Positions 62,901 through 64,000 of a stretch of DNA of 64,000 nucleotides are shown piece by piece. Origin of the DNA: Thermoanaerobaculia bacterium (lineage in GTDB: Bacteria; Acidobacteriota; Thermoanaerobaculia; Multivoradales; Multivoraceae); assembly GCA_963666565.1 (NCBI GenBank), contig OY762911.1, positions 3,008,001 to 3,072,000 on the forward strand, read 5' to 3'. The notes beneath the pieces are model-generated. The model did no database searches. It was not told where the DNA came from and worked only from the letters and a program-made list of their open reading frames with translations. How positions within the stretch are numbered: the stretch's first letter is position 1; each line of letters starts with the position of its first letter. Both the position numbers and the translations under genes were made by a program.

Positions 62901-63200
62901 ACGCTGGACGGCGAGCGGCACGAGGGCCTCGTCGCGCGGGAGGGCACGGAACGGGCGGGCCTGTTCCACTTCTTCGATCCGGAGAACTGGGAGGTGCTTG
63001 TAAAGGTCCTGGACGGCTGCTCGATCAACGGGCACCACTGGGTGTTCGCCGCCTCGGCGACCGACATGGGCCTCGACCTGCGGGTGGCGGACGCGGTGAC
63101 CGGGGCGGCGAAGAGGTACGGCACGACCGCCGGGCAGCCGGCCCCGGCGATCGTCGACACCGAAGCGTTGGCCTGCGCCGCCGGCGCGGCGGTGCGTTGA
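59931..63200 (+). CDS. Secreted M12/reprolysin-like metallopeptidase with FN3 repeats (paralogue 2)
   Basis: ATGA overlap with paralogue 1. Same architecture, with long identical blocks. Confidence 0.85.
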   Translation: MSPLASLFAGLRRAAAPCGLPAALLLVPTPAAQAQRLLTLVPGVAEATSADDPGPSIGPVPTAVEVDLGLLRSAPAWLEVPTPDGSVLSAERTVFEDRGGGDLMWSGGHPDAGYDTVVLTVEGGRLVGRFGAAGGGAYQIHAAADGRGGMAPVGGPRPEGVPFCEVETVPDDTRSAAAHTGAGSRAADLPVPVSNPRSHDRLDILVAYTATAAENWAGIGGPEAAIRHAGDYLKMVFSNNELPVEPHIVHAFRTSALLDRAMRDGRLRFPKRPLLMLLKEDGDQWRLRHEHRADLVHLFTGEGPGLTGPCGRAFPLQRGDTARTFHTGAYAWTSNAGYCDYVATFVHEIGHNLGANHDPASAWSPQNAFRPYGFGHGNRDAMPPIGTAVSNAGQIEPFFSTPRFRAWGAVVGIAGLRDNERLLRETVHIGARYSDHLRSLEGVPAPPSDLRMRRDGAFARLSWQGNAPDADGYEVGCWDGSGPAVAILRVEGRSEATIPLERHEPGTVLKCEVLATKGEERSLRSGYAYLAIPGDPLRAPSDVVVEPSLSIVNVRWTDNSDNEIGFEVQLLEDGEPVARRWALPNETSESLSEWRVQPRDREHRVRVFAVHQTAASEAGESAAFRWRSHPLAPGPVADLTATAIGPTTVRVSWTGKPGSDYYWVSALLEGWRHRPLPVRTDRNPVYIEGLARGGRYTFEVLATNHHDGSLPSRTHLSLGARGAGPEAPSSLSVVVEGETARLNWKDNSDDELGFEIQSGSFRLALVPLDTTTALVPSGYVNNPLLAPRVYAYNERGFSLPAVFGAAPRGTCLPDAETLCLRDSRFKVRMQWRTRLGEGGRGRVVPAGTNDSGLFRFFDPENWEVLIKVLDGCAINGRIWVLGASTTDLGYWIRVTDTVTSDSRSYWNDPDRPASAIVDTEAFPLPCGAAATVGATSAGSPSGGAFGGLAAGPRASATRLAAADRASGRCEAGPTTLCLGSGRFSLGIEASTLDGERHEGLVAREGTERAGLFHFFDPENWEVLVKVLDGCSINGHHWVFAASATDMGLDLRVADAVTGAAKRYGTTAGQPAPAIVDTEALACAAGAAVR

Positions 63201-63239
63201 GCGGAGGTTCGACCCGACGGCGAAGGGAGGGCGACTGAA

Positions 63240-64000
63240 ACGAGGGACGCGACGACTTCGAGAACGGTCGGAACCGGCAGTGCGGCGCTTCGCCGCGGGG
63301 CGGCGGCGGTGCTGTTCGCCGGCTTGGCGTTCACCGCCGGCGCCGCGCGCGGCGGGGACAACGCGTCGTTCGTTTCGTACTCCGGCGTGCCGTCGACGAT
63401 GGAACCGGGCGACAAGAAATCGGTGACGGTGACGATGCGGAACACCGGCACGACGACGTGGCGAAACACGATCTCCGGAGGGACGGTGACCAGCTACGCG
63501 CTGGTCGCGCTCGGTCACGGCTGGGGCGTCGGCAGCGTGGGGGTTTCGGGCGTGGCGCCGAACCAGCAGATCGGTATCTCTATGACGATCACGGCGCCGC
63601 AACAGGAGGGCGACTACGTGTTCCGGTGGCAGATGACACGTCGCACGGACAAGGTCGACAGGCCGATCGGCCCGATCGTCGAGGCTCTGAGCAGCACTTC
63701 CTTCGGCGACAAGACGACGAGCGTGACGATCAAAGTGAAGAAGAAGGGGCCGGACACGGCGCCAACGTTCGGGACGCAGACGATCCCCGACCAGGTTTGG
63801 GAGAGGGGCAAGGCGATCGCAGCGGTGGATCTACCGTCGGCCACCGGCGGCAACGGAGCTCTGAAGTACTCGCTGGTGTCGTGTCACTTGCCCAAGGGCG
63901 TGAGCCGCAAGAAGATGAAGATCGTCGGCACGCCCGCAACGGCGTGGGGGCCGACGAACTGCACATGGAAGGTGGAGGACTCGGACGACAACAAGGCCGA
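63240..64000 (+). CDS. Exported protein with NBR1-Ig-like and putative Ig domains (start unresolved; runs off window end)
   Basis: Open frame: AAAVLFAGLAFTAGAARG-GDNASFVSYSGVPSTMEPGDKKSVTVTMRNTGTTTW...YVFRWQM...APTFGTQTIPDQVW...LPSATGGNGALKYSL...LPKG...GTP. Confidence 0.7.

Noticed and set aside
56650-63200. Diversity-generating retroelement behind the paralogue variation
   Set aside because: There is no reverse transcriptase or template repeat in the window, and the differences include indels and are not visibly adenine-specific.
59917-63364. GGDNA at the end of protease 1 matches GGDNA at the mature start of the Ig protein (13 of 14 nt)
   Set aside because: The match is short and GC-rich, and the first copy doubles as the SD for protease 2. 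Chance cannot be excluded.

Overview
Very GC-rich, gene-dense bacterial chromosomal segment. The gene repertoire suggests Acidobacteriota, possibly a Thermoanaerobaculia/Holophagales-like lineage (inference). Contents in order: 5' part of dnaE, comEC, miaA, a lipoprotein, an isochorismatase and a hypothetical exported protein. Next is a 16-kb nine-gene envelope operon (DUF4159, vWA membrane protein, caspase/C13-like protein, TPR-gluzincin, DUF4159, MoxR, DUF58, BatA-vWA, DUF4175-like coiled coil). Then come two acyl-CoA dehydrogenases, an MBL hydrolase, xdhABC, an amidohydrolase, DUF368, a gor-gshB-chaC glutathione cluster, an FAD oxidase, a carboxyltransferase and DUF1080. A small-protein plus retropepsin-like protease pair, an LLM monooxygenase and a DUF1640-like gene with a duplicated tail follow. 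The last part holds clpA-clpS-GNAT, ggt, DUF5916, a BNR-repeat protein, a double-domain RNase HI, two tandem paralogous metzincin-FN3 surface proteins and a truncated Ig-like protein. No rRNA, tRNA, CRISPR array or transposase was seen. The most notable non-genic signals are 15 copies of a REP-like palindrome (some read in frame inside genes), two further structured repeat families, and many -10 boxes lying 6-11 nt before start codons. All family assignments come from motif recognition by eye, not from database searches.
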